Shown here in pieces: positions 1-7,754 of a stretch of DNA of 25,822 bases. Made by a program: the position numbers and the translations under genes. The DNA lies in IMG/VR virus record IMGVR_UViG_2585427774_000009, positions 1-25,822 of that record; one strand, given 5' to 3'. The notes beneath the pieces were generated by a model. That model was not told where the DNA came from and searched no databases. It saw only the letters and a list, made by a program, of their open reading frames with translations. Every line of letters starts with the position of its first letter. Within the stretch, counting starts at the first letter, position 1. This stretch comes from a virus. Its lineage: Duplodnaviria > Heunggongvirae > Uroviricota > Caudoviricetes.

Positions 1-933
1 ATGGACAACGACAAAATTGATCAACACAGCGACGAAATTGAAGTTGAGAGCGAAGAAAAAGAGCGCGGCAAAAAAATAGAAATAGATGAAGACCGACTCC
101 CCTCCCGGGCGATGGCAATTCATGAGCATATCCGCCAGGATGGTGAAAAAGAGCTGGAACGCGACGCAATGGCGCTACTGTGGTCAGCCATTGCGGCGGG
201 TCTGTCGATGGGCGCTTCGTTACTGGCAAAAGGGATATTTCATGTCGAACTGGAAGGTGTGCCGGGCAGCTTCTTGCTGGAGAATCTCGGTTATACCTTT
301 GGTTTTATTATCGTCATTATGGCCCGCCAGCAATTATTTACCGAAAATACCGTGACTGCGGTACTACCCGTCATGCAAAAACCGACAATGAGCAACGTCG
401 GCTTACTTATACGGTTATGGGGCGTCGTGCTGCTGGGTAATATTCTCGGGACAGGTATTGCGGCGTGGGCATTTGAATATATGCCTATCTTCAATGAAGA
501 AACTCGCGATGCATTTGTCAAAATCGGCATGGATGTGATGAAGAACACCCCCAGCGAGATGTTTGCCAACGCGATCATTTCCGGCTGGCTGATCGCCACT
601 ATGGTTTGGATGTTTCCTGCAGCGGGTGCGGCAAAGATTGTGGTGATTATATTGATGACCTGGCTTATTGCCCTGGGTGACACCACCCATATCGTGGTCG
701 GTTCTGTTGAAATCCTCTATCTGGTGTTTAACGGTACGCTGCACTGGAGCGATTTCATCTGGCCCTTCGCACTACCTACTTTAGCGGGGAACATCTGCGG
801 CGGCACCTTTATCTTCGCGTTAATGAGTCATGCACAGATTCGTAACGACATGAGCAATAAGCGTAAAGCAGAAGCACGCCAAAAAGCAGAACGTGCGGAA
901 AACATTAAGAAAAATGATAAAAACCCGGCATAA
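1..933 (+). CDS. yfdC: Inner-membrane formate/nitrite-transporter (FNT) family protein YfdC
   Basis: 310-aa ORF beginning at window position 1 with ATG and ending TAA at 931-933; multiple hydrophobic segments; sequence recognised as E. coli YfdC; location immediately upstream of argW matches known E. coli synteny. Confidence 0.9.
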   Translation: MDNDKIDQHSDEIEVESEEKERGKKIEIDEDRLPSRAMAIHEHIRQDGEKELERDAMALLWSAIAAGLSMGASLLAKGIFHVELEGVPGSFLLENLGYTFGFIIVIMARQQLFTENTVTAVLPVMQKPTMSNVGLLIRLWGVVLLGNILGTGIAAWAFEYMPIFNEETRDAFVKIGMDVMKNTPSEMFANAIISGWLIATMVWMFPAAGAAKIVVIILMTWLIALGDTTHIVVGSVEILYLVFNGTLHWSDFIWPFALPTLAGNICGGTFIFALMSHAQIRNDMSNKRKAEARQKAERAENIKKNDKNPA

Positions 934-1008
934 ATGGCGAGGGTTTAAGCAATCGAGCGGCAGCGTACTTACCCCGCACTCCATTAGCGGGTATACTCAT
1001 GCCGCATT

Positions 1009-1083
1009 GTCCTCTTAGTTAAATGGATATAACGAGCCCCTCCTAAGGGCTAATTGCAGGTTCGATTCCTGCAGGGGACACCA
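1009..1083 (+). tRNA. argW: tRNA-Arg (argW), 75 nt including the 3' CCA
   Basis: Sequence GTCCTCTTAGTTAAATGGATATAACGAGCCCCTCCTAAGGGCTAATTGCAGGTTCGATTCCTGCAGGGGACACCA read directly; acceptor stem GTCCTCT pairs with AGGGGAC; T-arm GGTTCGATTCC present; recognised as E. coli argW, a known prophage integration site. Confidence 0.9.
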
Positions 1084-1244
1084 TTTATCAGTTCGCTCCC
1101 ATCCGTACCAGTCCGCAAAATCCCCTGAATATCAAGCCTTCCGTAGATTAACAGTTCGTAATGGTTCGCGTCAGATCGTTGACAGCCGCACTCCATGACG
1201 GGTAAAAAGTGGATAAAATAATTTTACCCACCGGATTTTTACCC

Positions 1245-2435
1245 ATGCTCACCGTTAAGCAGATTGAAGCAGCAAAGCCGAAAGAAAAACCATACCGCCT
1301 TCTCGATGGTAATGGCCTGTACCTTTATGTCCCTGTATCAGGGAAAAAGGTATGGCAGCTTCGCTACAAGATTGACGGTAAGGAAAAAATACTGACCGTA
1401 GGAAAATATCCGCTAATGACTTTGCAGGAGGCAAGGGATAAAGCATGGACCGCGAGGAAAGACATCTCGGTTGGCATCGATCCGGTAAAGGCGAAAAAGG
1501 CTTCGTCTAACAACAATTCCTTTAGTGCGATTTACAAGGAATGGTACGAGCACAAGAAGCAAGTCTGGTCAGTAGGCTATGCAACTGAACTTGCCAAAAT
1601 GTTTGATGACGACATTTTACCCATCATCGGCGGTCTTGAGATTCAGGATATTGAGCCGATGCAACTGCTGGAAGTAATCCGCAGATTTGAAAATCGCGGT
1701 GCAATGGAGCGAGCCAACAAAGCCCGCAGAAGATGCGGCGAGGTTTTCCGTTACGCTATTGTCACCGGCAGGGCTAAATATAACCCGGCACCTGACCTTG
1801 CTGACGCCATGAAGGGATACCGCAAGAAGAACTTCCCGTTTCTTCCTGCAGACCAGATCCCGGCATTCAACAAAGCACTGGCAACATTTTCAGGAAGCAT
1901 CGTATCGCTCATTGCGACCAAAGTTTTACGCTACACAGCCCTAAGAACGAAAGAGCTTCGCTCCATGCAATGGAAGAACGTCGATTTTGAAAACAGGATT
2001 ATCACTATCGACGCCAGTGTGATGAAGGGCCGCAAAATTCATGTGGTTCCTATGTCAGACCAGGTAGTTGAACTTCTCACTACGCTAAGCTCAATCACCA
2101 AACCAGTATCAGAGTTTGTTTTTGCCGGGCGCAACGATAAGAAGAAGCCAATCTGCGAGAACGCGGTATTACTTGTGATCAAACGAATCGGCTATGAGGG
2201 TCTGGAAAGCGGTCACGGATTCAGGCATGAATTCAGCACGATTATGAACGAGCACGAATGGCCTGCTGATGCTATTGAAGTGCAACTGGCACATGCCAAC
2301 GGCGGATCTGTACGTGGAATTTACAACCATGCTCAGTATCTCGATAAGCGCAGAGAAATGATGCAGTGGTGGGCGGACTGGCTTGATGAAAAGGTGGGGG
2401 AATGCCACCCATCACACCACCCTGTCATCCTGTAG
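1245..2435 (+). CDS. intS: Tyrosine recombinase, IntS/P4-family prophage integrase
   Basis: ORF track gives 1209..2435 from a GTG; the ATG at 1245 yields MLTVKQIEAAKPKEKPYRLLDGNGLYLYVP, matching the E. coli CPS-53 IntS N-terminus as I recall it; C-terminal region contains the R...H..R...Y-type catalytic segment (GHGFRHEFST...RGIYNHAQY); sits 160 bp downstream of argW. Confidence 0.88.
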   Translation: MLTVKQIEAAKPKEKPYRLLDGNGLYLYVPVSGKKVWQLRYKIDGKEKILTVGKYPLMTLQEARDKAWTARKDISVGIDPVKAKKASSNNNSFSAIYKEWYEHKKQVWSVGYATELAKMFDDDILPIIGGLEIQDIEPMQLLEVIRRFENRGAMERANKARRRCGEVFRYAIVTGRAKYNPAPDLADAMKGYRKKNFPFLPADQIPAFNKALATFSGSIVSLIATKVLRYTALRTKELRSMQWKNVDFENRIITIDASVMKGRKIHVVPMSDQVVELLTTLSSITKPVSEFVFAGRNDKKKPICENAVLLVIKRIGYEGLESGHGFRHEFSTIMNEHEWPADAIEVQLAHANGGSVRGIYNHAQYLDKRREMMQWWADWLDEKVGECHPSHHPVIL

Positions 2436-2729
2436 CGCGCTGTTGATGAAGAACGTCACGCGCCCCAGCACCTCAACTTCCTCCGCCTCCTCCCCTTCGA
2501 TCGCTTCACCATCACCAGTGATTAATGCCCTACCCATTACCCTGGCAAACTGCGTTCTGCCGCCAGATAAAATCAGCAGAACCTGATTCTGTACCAGCCT
2601 GGTGCACGGCTCGATAACGGCAAAGCCGGATGAGGTTTCCAGGATGCGAGTGTCGACGCCAACACCGCAGATTCGCTCCGGAGTTAACCGCTGCTCTACA
2701 TAGTCGCCCGCCGGTGAAGGAAAGCCCAT
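2412..2729 (-). CDS. UmuD'-like (LexA/S24-fold) protein lacking the GDSM protease core; possibly degenerate
   Basis: Starts MGFPSPAGDYVEQRL, i.e. at the position equivalent to the post-cleavage N-terminus of UmuD' (GFPSPA.DYVEQR); the segment where UmuD carries the catalytic G-D-S-M serine is replaced by unrelated sequence (TPERICGVGVDTRILETSSG); the C-terminal part loosely resembles the UmuD dimerisation region. Start codon overlaps the stop of the upstream ORF (TGATG). Confidence 0.5.
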   Translation of the reverse strand: MGFPSPAGDYVEQRLTPERICGVGVDTRILETSSGFAVIEPCTRLVQNQVLLILSGGRTQFARVMGRALITGDGEAIEGEEAEEVEVLGRVTFFINSALQDDRVV

Positions 2730-2968
2730 CAGTGCACCCTCCCCATGTTGCGGAGGATCCAGTAGCGATTATCGCTATGGTCTGTCGTCTTATCTGCGAA
2801 GTCCGGATGATAGTACTTTATCCACTCGTTGGCGTCGGCCTGGCTGAAATGCCAGTGAACCTTTGCCAGCTCCCGAACGAAGTCAGAAGACCTCAGCCAC
2901 TGGTAACCTTTGGGATTAAGCTGAATAGCAGCGTGGAAAGCCGAGTTAATGTCTGATTGGCGGGGCAT
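2729..2968 (-). CDS. Hypothetical 79-aa protein, first gene of a LexA-box-controlled operon (position analogous to impC in impCAB-type operons)
   Basis: ORF with a GAGAGG Shine-Dalgarno 5-6 nt upstream of the ATG at 2968; LexA box 21 bp further upstream; translationally coupled to the UmuD'-like ORF. No homolog recognised from memory. Confidence 0.5.
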   Translation of the reverse strand: MPRQSDINSAFHAAIQLNPKGYQWLRSSDFVRELAKVHWHFSQADANEWIKYYHPDFADKTTDHSDNRYWILRNMGRVH

Positions 2969-2988
2969 GGTGACCTCTCATTTATTAT

Positions 2989-3008
2989 TACTGTGTATCC
3001 ATACAGTA
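2989..3008 (-). promoter_or_regulatory. LexA (SOS) box TACTGTGTATCCATACAGTA
   Basis: Perfect CTGT-N8-ACAG match to the E. coli LexA operator consensus TACTGT(AT)4ACAGTA, read directly at 2989-3008, just upstream of the minus-strand operon starting at 2968. Confidence 0.65.
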
Positions 3009-3270
3009 GTTTTAAAGTGAGTGCAGATCAATGCGGCGACGCCTATCAATAGCGTCCACAGTTATAGAGGAACGGCGAAAGAATAAACAGTAGGGCTGTA
3101 TTGATGAAGAACCCAGGGATCTTTAACGCTCATACTGATCATTTGTCAGGATGTGATTATCAATAAAGCCAGGATAGGATTAATCTCACACACTTAGAGA
3201 TGACCCGACAATAATCGAAACGACAAGAAAAATGTGGTCTCGGTTACAGGATTATCACCTTGGTAAAGGG

Positions 3271-3582
3271 ATGACTACCATGACAAAATATGAAGGAATA
3301 TCGGCCAGAGTTAAACAAGTTACAGTTAATGATTTTGGTAGATATTTCAATAGCATTGAAAATTACAAGAATGGCATTTTTTGCTATATATGCGGTGGTA
3401 ATGACTGGGATTTGCACAGAAGTCCTGATGATAAAGAAAGGCCCGTGATTATCACCTTTCCCATCCCCGATAAAGATGGAATGGGAGTATGGGCCTTTTA
3501 TGTGATGTGCAAAAATTGCGGCGGCATGCATTTTATCAATGCTAATAAAGTTGCTAATTGGTTGGATAACAAAGAAAAATGA
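3271..3582 (+). CDS. Hypothetical small protein with two C-x2-C motifs (putative zinc ribbon)
   Basis: ORF track gives 3232..3582; the more likely start is the ATG at 3271 or 3280 (AAAGGGA Shine-Dalgarno at 3264-3271). Contains CYICGG and CKNCGG about 38 residues apart. Visibly AT-rich coding sequence. Stop overlaps the next start (ATGA at 3579-3582). Confidence 0.55.
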   Translation: MTTMTKYEGISARVKQVTVNDFGRYFNSIENYKNGIFCYICGGNDWDLHRSPDDKERPVIITFPIPDKDGMGVWAFYVMCKNCGGMHFINANKVANWLDNKEK

Positions 3583-4073
3583 TTAACCCTTGCTATGATG
3601 AGAGCATCTTCAATGTTGAAGTAAGGGGTAAATCTAAGCTAAATAGCCACGCCGGTGGTATGATTGAAAATCATAACGGCGACACTATGTTAGTTGCTGA
3701 AACAATCACTATTGATTTTGAGGAGGAAATCGTGACTTCGCAAGAAAATCCGCATCTGAAAATTCCTCTTACTTTCAAATCGGCTATGTGGATGGGTATT
3801 GGTTTCGTTGCTGTTGCGCTAGGTGGAGCTTGGGCCATGTACACCCACTTAGACAACAAACTTGAAACCTATAGATCTGGTACTGAAGCCCGAATTGAGG
3901 CCGCAAGAGCAAGCCTTGATGGCAAGATAGATTCTCTCGGATCAGAAACACGCGCTCATTTTGAAGCGGCTAGAGTGGAATCTAAAGCAGATAATGCCAC
4001 CATAACAACTCAACTACAGACCATCTCAAATAGCCTATCCGAACTAAACGGAAAAGTTTCAAAAGACAAATAA
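3579..4073 (+). CDS. Hypothetical membrane-anchored protein with one predicted TM helix and a helical C-terminal domain
   Basis: 164-aa ORF; central hydrophobic segment MWMGIGFVAVALGGAWAMY; C-terminal Ala/Arg/Glu-rich repeated helical segments (TEARIEAARASLDGKIDSLGSETRAHFEAARVESKAD); translationally coupled to the upstream ORF; followed by a terminator hairpin. Confidence 0.6.
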   Translation: MINPCYDESIFNVEVRGKSKLNSHAGGMIENHNGDTMLVAETITIDFEEEIVTSQENPHLKIPLTFKSAMWMGIGFVAVALGGAWAMYTHLDNKLETYRSGTEARIEAARASLDGKIDSLGSETRAHFEAARVESKADNATITTQLQTISNSLSELNGKVSKDK

Positions 4074-4104
4074 CCCGGCCACCGTGCCGGGTTATTGTTC
4101 ATTT
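4073..4104 (+). terminator. Rho-independent terminator after the two-gene cassette
   Basis: Stem ACCCGGC (4073-4079) / GCCGGGT (4086-4092) with a 6-nt loop, followed by TATTGTTCATTT; read directly. Confidence 0.55.
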
Positions 4105-4223
4105 CCTGTTTATGAAATTTGTTGAAGCGCCTGGTCGATTACCTGCACCAGCTAATCGCTTAAGTCAATTTACATCCTCACCTCTGTTTGACTGTTAAAT
4201 AAAACACGGCGAAGCGGTAATTT

Positions 4224-6431
4224 TTATTTTGATTCGAGATCCTCAACACGCGCTACCAAATTTTCATACTGCTCTTTCATTCGCTCATAGTTACGGCGCT
4301 GCAGCGCAGCTTCCAGAGCCAGGGCCTCCTCATAACGAATGCCATAGCGGGATCCGGCTGGGGTTTCCAGAACCTGGCTGTAAGTTGGCTCTGCAGGTTC
4401 GGTATATTCCTCAATTACCTCAGTCGGCACCTGCTCGGTATACTCCTCCTCGACATCTTCAAGCTCTGCCTCATAAACAAAAAGCTGTTTGCCTGCCTCG
4501 TCAAGACGCGGAGAACCATCCTCGTTAAAGACAAATACCTGGATAAGCTTAGGTGTCTGATACTCTTCCTGAACTACCCTCTTGATGCGTTCTCCATCTT
4601 CCGCTTCTTCATCCACAAGAATTTCGCGCGTGGCTGTCATCATCACAGGTCGTTTTACTGTACGGGTTTTTGTCACTTCCATCATGCGGCTGACAGTGCG
4701 GGTTTTTGTTACTCGCTCCCCCTCATTGGTCCGCACTGAAATATATTGGTCTTCCCATTCGTCGTAACAGAGGAGCCCGAGACCGAAGCCATCAATGCCA
4801 TGCGATGCAAACACCTCCTCCACGCGCTGCGCAATAAGGCCGAAGTGCCAGCGCGCACCGTCTTCGCCTTTTTGCGCAACCGCATCATCAAACTTAAACC
4901 GCGTGCGCCAGCTGACTTCCTCCCAGGCATCGAGGACCACATCAGGGATCGCTTCCTTAATTGGCTTGTGATTGTCATCGGAGGTGTTAATCGCACCAGT
5001 ACCAAAATAGGCAGTACGTCCTCGATATGAGGCTGAGCCATAATCGAACTGGTTATCGGCGCTCGGGCGCTGGGTGCAGTTATAGGTGACAATCCCGGCT
5101 TTTATCTCATAGTTACCTTGCCCATCTGTTGCACTACCACCGCTAACCACTACGCGAGCGTCAAAAGCAGAGCCAGCCCCACTGGACCGGTATATTGTTT
5201 GCACCGTGCTTGCAATAGTTGGAGACCCTACTGACGTAAACGCCCCTGAGTCTTCTAATTGCAAAGATTTGGTGCTGAGCTTAACCAGGTTGTGGAAAAT
5301 GATGTGGTTCACTTCAACCAACGAACCGAGGGAAAGGACGCGGTCTATTTTTGGGCAGTCGACGGAAAGTACACGGCTGTCTTCACCAAATACTGCCCCG
5401 CCATTCTGCGGGCCAAAGGCAATACCGGTTCGCCAGGTGCAGGCGCTACCCATGTTACCGACGCTAATTGCAGCATCAATTACGTCGCCGCGTTTTGCCT
5501 TGGTGCCGCCGATTTGCAGGCCGGTTCTGATGTTTGAGCTGGCACCCTCCGGAATGCCGACGTTGAATTCAGCCCCCGTGACATTGAGCGTATACATAGC
5601 CCCTGGGGTAAGCGTTCCGTAGAAATTACCACCAAAATAAGCCCCCTTAGCGCCAGCAAGCGATACTCCACCGTCTCCAGTTGAGGAGGTCGCAAAGCCG
5701 GTGACGCCTACATAGTTTCTGTCAGTATTTGTTGCATCAGTCTGACCAAGCTGCTCAAGGATGAATTCAGCAGCGTGGCGGCCGCCTTTACATCCCGCCC
5801 CCCCGAATTTGTGATTCAAGAGGAATCCGTCAACCTTTGTTCCGGGAACCATGTCATCAACAGCATTGAAACGGTCATCGTCAATCCTGATATAATTGAA
5901 CTTGGCCGTGTTGACAGTGAGCCCGCTCCCGGTAATCGGCTCCGCAAGATGAACCCCGATCCCTCGGGTAATATCATCTCCGAATTTCTCTCCTGGCCGC
6001 CCCTGCAGAATTGAAAACTTATCCAGTCCTCGGCTCATTACCCCAGGACCTACTAATGCAGCGCCGCCCAGCGCAGCTAATTCAGCCCTTAACTGGTCTG
6101 GAGCATATTTCAGAACATCAGCAAAATAGAATTGTTGGGTGCCGTATGAATCGCGAATCTCCATGCTGTAATTTTGCACGGTGACGAATTTAACAATCTG
6201 ACCGTTATAAACGGGGAATCCGCCAGCATTTATTCGCAATGGCTGAGGTACTGGAACATGGGTCCCATCTTCATTCTCAATATAAACCTGAATTTGGTTA
6301 GCAGGATTCGTAGGATCTGTATCCACTAGCCCAATAAAGATTTCTCCATTGGCAACAGCCTTAAATGCACGAGCCATAGTAAATGGCTGGCTAGGCATGG
6401 CGATAAGAACATTCGCGGTAATATCTGACAT
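4224..6431 (-). CDS. Tailspike protein: P22-like head-binding N-domain, glycine-rich receptor-binding/depolymerase domain, C-terminal S74-type intramolecular chaperone domain
   Basis: 735-aa ORF; N-terminal about 110 aa (MSDITANV...FKAVANG...[19 protein letters not shown]...LKY.PDQ) matches the P22 gp9 head-binding domain from memory; central Gly/Thr-rich region typical of beta-helix spikes; C-terminal part has a Ser-(x4)-Lys motif (TSDDNHK) and WHFGLIAQ resembling endosialidase-type autoproteolytic chaperone domains; last gene of the late operon as in P22. Confidence 0.85.
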   Translation of the reverse strand: MSDITANVLIAMPSQPFTMARAFKAVANGEIFIGLVDTDPTNPANQIQVYIENEDGTHVPVPQPLRINAGGFPVYNGQIVKFVTVQNYSMEIRDSYGTQQFYFADVLKYAPDQLRAELAALGGAALVGPGVMSRGLDKFSILQGRPGEKFGDDITRGIGVHLAEPITGSGLTVNTAKFNYIRIDDDRFNAVDDMVPGTKVDGFLLNHKFGGAGCKGGRHAAEFILEQLGQTDATNTDRNYVGVTGFATSSTGDGGVSLAGAKGAYFGGNFYGTLTPGAMYTLNVTGAEFNVGIPEGASSNIRTGLQIGGTKAKRGDVIDAAISVGNMGSACTWRTGIAFGPQNGGAVFGEDSRVLSVDCPKIDRVLSLGSLVEVNHIIFHNLVKLSTKSLQLEDSGAFTSVGSPTIASTVQTIYRSSGAGSAFDARVVVSGGSATDGQGNYEIKAGIVTYNCTQRPSADNQFDYGSASYRGRTAYFGTGAINTSDDNHKPIKEAIPDVVLDAWEEVSWRTRFKFDDAVAQKGEDGARWHFGLIAQRVEEVFASHGIDGFGLGLLCYDEWEDQYISVRTNEGERVTKTRTVSRMMEVTKTRTVKRPVMMTATREILVDEEAEDGERIKRVVQEEYQTPKLIQVFVFNEDGSPRLDEAGKQLFVYEAELEDVEEEYTEQVPTEVIEEYTEPAEPTYSQVLETPAGSRYGIRYEEALALEAALQRRNYERMKEQYENLVARVEDLESK
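4657..4712 (-). repeat. Imperfect 36-bp tandem duplication inside the tailspike C-terminal domain
   Basis: ACTGTACGGGTTTTTGTCAC (4657-4676) and ACAGTGCGGGTTTTTGTTAC (4693-4712) on the plus strand, encoding the duplicated peptide VTKTRTV in [22 protein letters not shown]. Confidence 0.5.
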
Positions 6432-6487
6432 TTAATTTGCTCCAGATACAAGGAATCGCCGCAGCATGGCTACGGTGAATTTTGGGC

Positions 6488-6512
6488 ATAAAAAAACCCA
6501 GCCGAAGCTGGG
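6488..6512 (-). terminator. Rho-independent terminator between ant and the tailspike gene
   Basis: Minus-strand RNA would read CCCAGC-UUCG-GCUGGG followed by UUUUUUU (plus-strand A-run 6490-6496, stem 6497-6502/6507-6512); read directly. Confidence 0.6.
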
Positions 6513-6531
6513 TCGTTGCGTTGGTTATCTG

Positions 6532-7434
6532 TCAGTAGTTATGTACTGAAGGAGGTAATTCTTTATTCTTAAGTCTCATCCATGCGGAAAGATTCGTTGG
6601 TCCGTCTGGCTCATTGATATCAACATCTCGTGAGTGATTGATTAAAACGTCTCTCGCTATATCGATAATACGGGAGAACTCATAACCGCAGTCATGACAT
6701 CTGCCGGAATAGTTCGATTGAATTTGTTTCAGCGCCGGATACAGTTCGCGGAATAATGCCTGTGAGCGGTTGGCATAATCCCATAACCATACAAGACTGT
6801 TTGCTTCTTTTGCAGAAAGCTCGTTGGTTTTCTTATCTTGTTTGCCGATAAACTCGCCTTCAAGCACTACCCTGTGGATGTACTCTACTGCTTGCGGTAT
6901 CTGAGATGCATCAAGCTCTTCAATACTTTCCACGTTGAAACGCTGATGAATCATTGCATAAGCTTCTGGGTACATTAGATGCTTTTTGCTGACTAGCATA
7001 TTTACAGCATCACGAAGCGGAGTCCTGTCATCAACAGATGTTTTCTTACGTGCATTTTCTGCCTTTCCCTTCGTCCAGTAGTCATGCAGCACGCTAAAGC
7101 ATTCCTCCTGGTACTGAATCAGTTTATCACGGATGTCAGCACGAACTTTCTCAGGGTTGATGCTGAACAGCCATCCATTTAACTTCTTCAAAGGAAGGCA
7201 GAGTAGCTTACGAAGCTTCCCATCAGCGGCAACCATGTTCATATGAACACAGTTGAATTTGCTAATCTGCTTCATGAGTTTTGTTTGCTGCGTTGACCAG
7301 CTCATTCCAAGGTTTTCAACGATTGGCTTCATCGCAACATATGCAACTCCGGCAGCCATGGCGGTGATAATTTGCTGACCGTTGAATGGTACGTAAGAGG
7401 TGTTCACTGCTTCTAAAATTGCTATACTATTCAT
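6532..7434 (-). CDS. ant: Antirepressor Ant (P22 immI)
   Basis: ORF track gives a 322-aa ORF; the internal start [21 protein letters not shown] matches the P22 Ant N-terminus from memory and gives 300 aa, with a GGAGA Shine-Dalgarno upstream; position downstream of arc. Confidence 0.85.
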   Translation of the reverse strand: MNSIAILEAVNTSYVPFNGQQIITAMAAGVAYVAMKPIVENLGMSWSTQQTKLMKQISKFNCVHMNMVAADGKLRKLLCLPLKKLNGWLFSINPEKVRADIRDKLIQYQEECFSVLHDYWTKGKAENARKKTSVDDRTPLRDAVNMLVSKKHLMYPEAYAMIHQRFNVESIEELDASQIPQAVEYIHRVVLEGEFIGKQDKKTNELSAKEANSLVWLWDYANRSQALFRELYPALKQIQSNYSGRCHDCGYEFSRIIDIARDVLINHSRDVDINEPDGPTNLSAWMRLKNKELPPSVHNY

Positions 7435-7502
7435 GTTGGTTTTTCTCCACGGATTTACTGACAACCGAAGCCCTGACTGTTCCCGCAGTTGGGGCTTCAA
7501 CT
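7435..7502 (+). ncRNA. sar: Possible sar-type antisense RNA region (arc-ant intergenic, antisense to the ant ribosome-binding site)
   Basis: Established P22 biology: a small antisense RNA is transcribed opposite to ant across its translation-initiation region. Here the 68-bp arc-ant spacer contains a GAAGCCC...GGGCTTC hairpin. Ends not determined; placed by analogy only. Confidence 0.3.
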
Positions 7503-7664
7503 TTACGCGCCAATGCGCCCTTCCTTCTTAAAGCTTTCCATTACTCTCTGATAAATCTCAGAGTTAACAGACCGACCATTCTCTTCCGCCACCTTGCGGA
7601 CCAAATCCAATACTTCTTTAGGCCACCGCAAATTGAACTGCGGCATCTTGCTCATTCCTTTCAT
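7503..7664 (-). CDS. arc: Arc repressor (ribbon-helix-helix)
   Basis: Internal start of the 74-aa track ORF gives [53 protein letters not shown] (53 aa), which matches P22 Arc as I recall it (one conservative difference possible). Confidence 0.9.
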   Translation of the reverse strand: MKGMSKMPQFNLRWPKEVLDLVRKVAEENGRSVNSEIYQRVMESFKKEGRIGA

Positions 7665-7678
7665 ATTCACCTCACAAT

Positions 7679-7699
7679 ATAGGTCCACCGTGGACCTAT
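7679..7699. promoter_or_regulatory. Mnt operator (Omnt), perfect 21-bp palindrome ATAGGTCCACCGTGGACCTAT
   Basis: Read directly; the core AGGTCCAC(C/G)GTGGACCT equals the published P22 mnt operator; lies between arc (start 7664) and mnt (start 7755), where Pant is expected. Confidence 0.75.
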
Positions 7700-7706
7700 T
7701 GAGAAT

Positions 7707-7727
7707 ATAGTAGAGTGCTTCTATCAT
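7707..7727. promoter_or_regulatory. Arc operator (Oarc)
   Basis: Plus strand reads ATAGTAGAGTGCTTCTATCAT, the reverse complement of the P22 arc operator ATGATAGAAGCACTCTACTAT as I recall it; located in the arc-mnt divergent promoter region. Confidence 0.7.
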
Positions 7728-7754
7728 GTCAATATACTAACTTGGAGTGATGGC

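Noticed and set aside
86-744. Alternative-frame ORFs overlapping yfdC (86..355 +, 180..440 +, 291..686 -, 415..744 -)
   Set aside because: Embedded in the yfdC coding region; no start signals; composition consistent with frame artefacts.
1209-1244. N-terminal extension of the integrase ORF from the GTG at 1209
   Set aside because: The ATG at 1245 gives the N-terminus MLTVKQ matching IntS as recalled; the extension is probably untranslated leader.
2383-2956. Plus-strand ORFs 2383..2586 and 2630..2956 opposite the UmuD'-like and 79-aa genes
   Set aside because: Ser/Pro/Arg-rich low-complexity translations antisense to an operon that has a LexA box, a Shine-Dalgarno and translational coupling; taken as artefacts.
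4229-6014. Several 60-140-aa ORFs in other frames or antisense within the tailspike gene (for example 4229..4528 +, 4709..5092 -, 5206..5622 +, 5775..6014 +)
   Set aside because: They are fully embedded in a long, well-supported coding region, lack ribosome-binding sites, and have Pro/Arg/Ser-rich low-complexity translations typical of out-of-frame reading of GC-rich coding DNA.
7435-7727. Upstream extensions of the ant (to 7500) and arc (to 7727) ORFs in the supplied track
   Set aside because: The internal ATGs give proteins matching P22 Ant (300 aa) and Arc (53 aa); the extensions would run through the operator and terminator regions.
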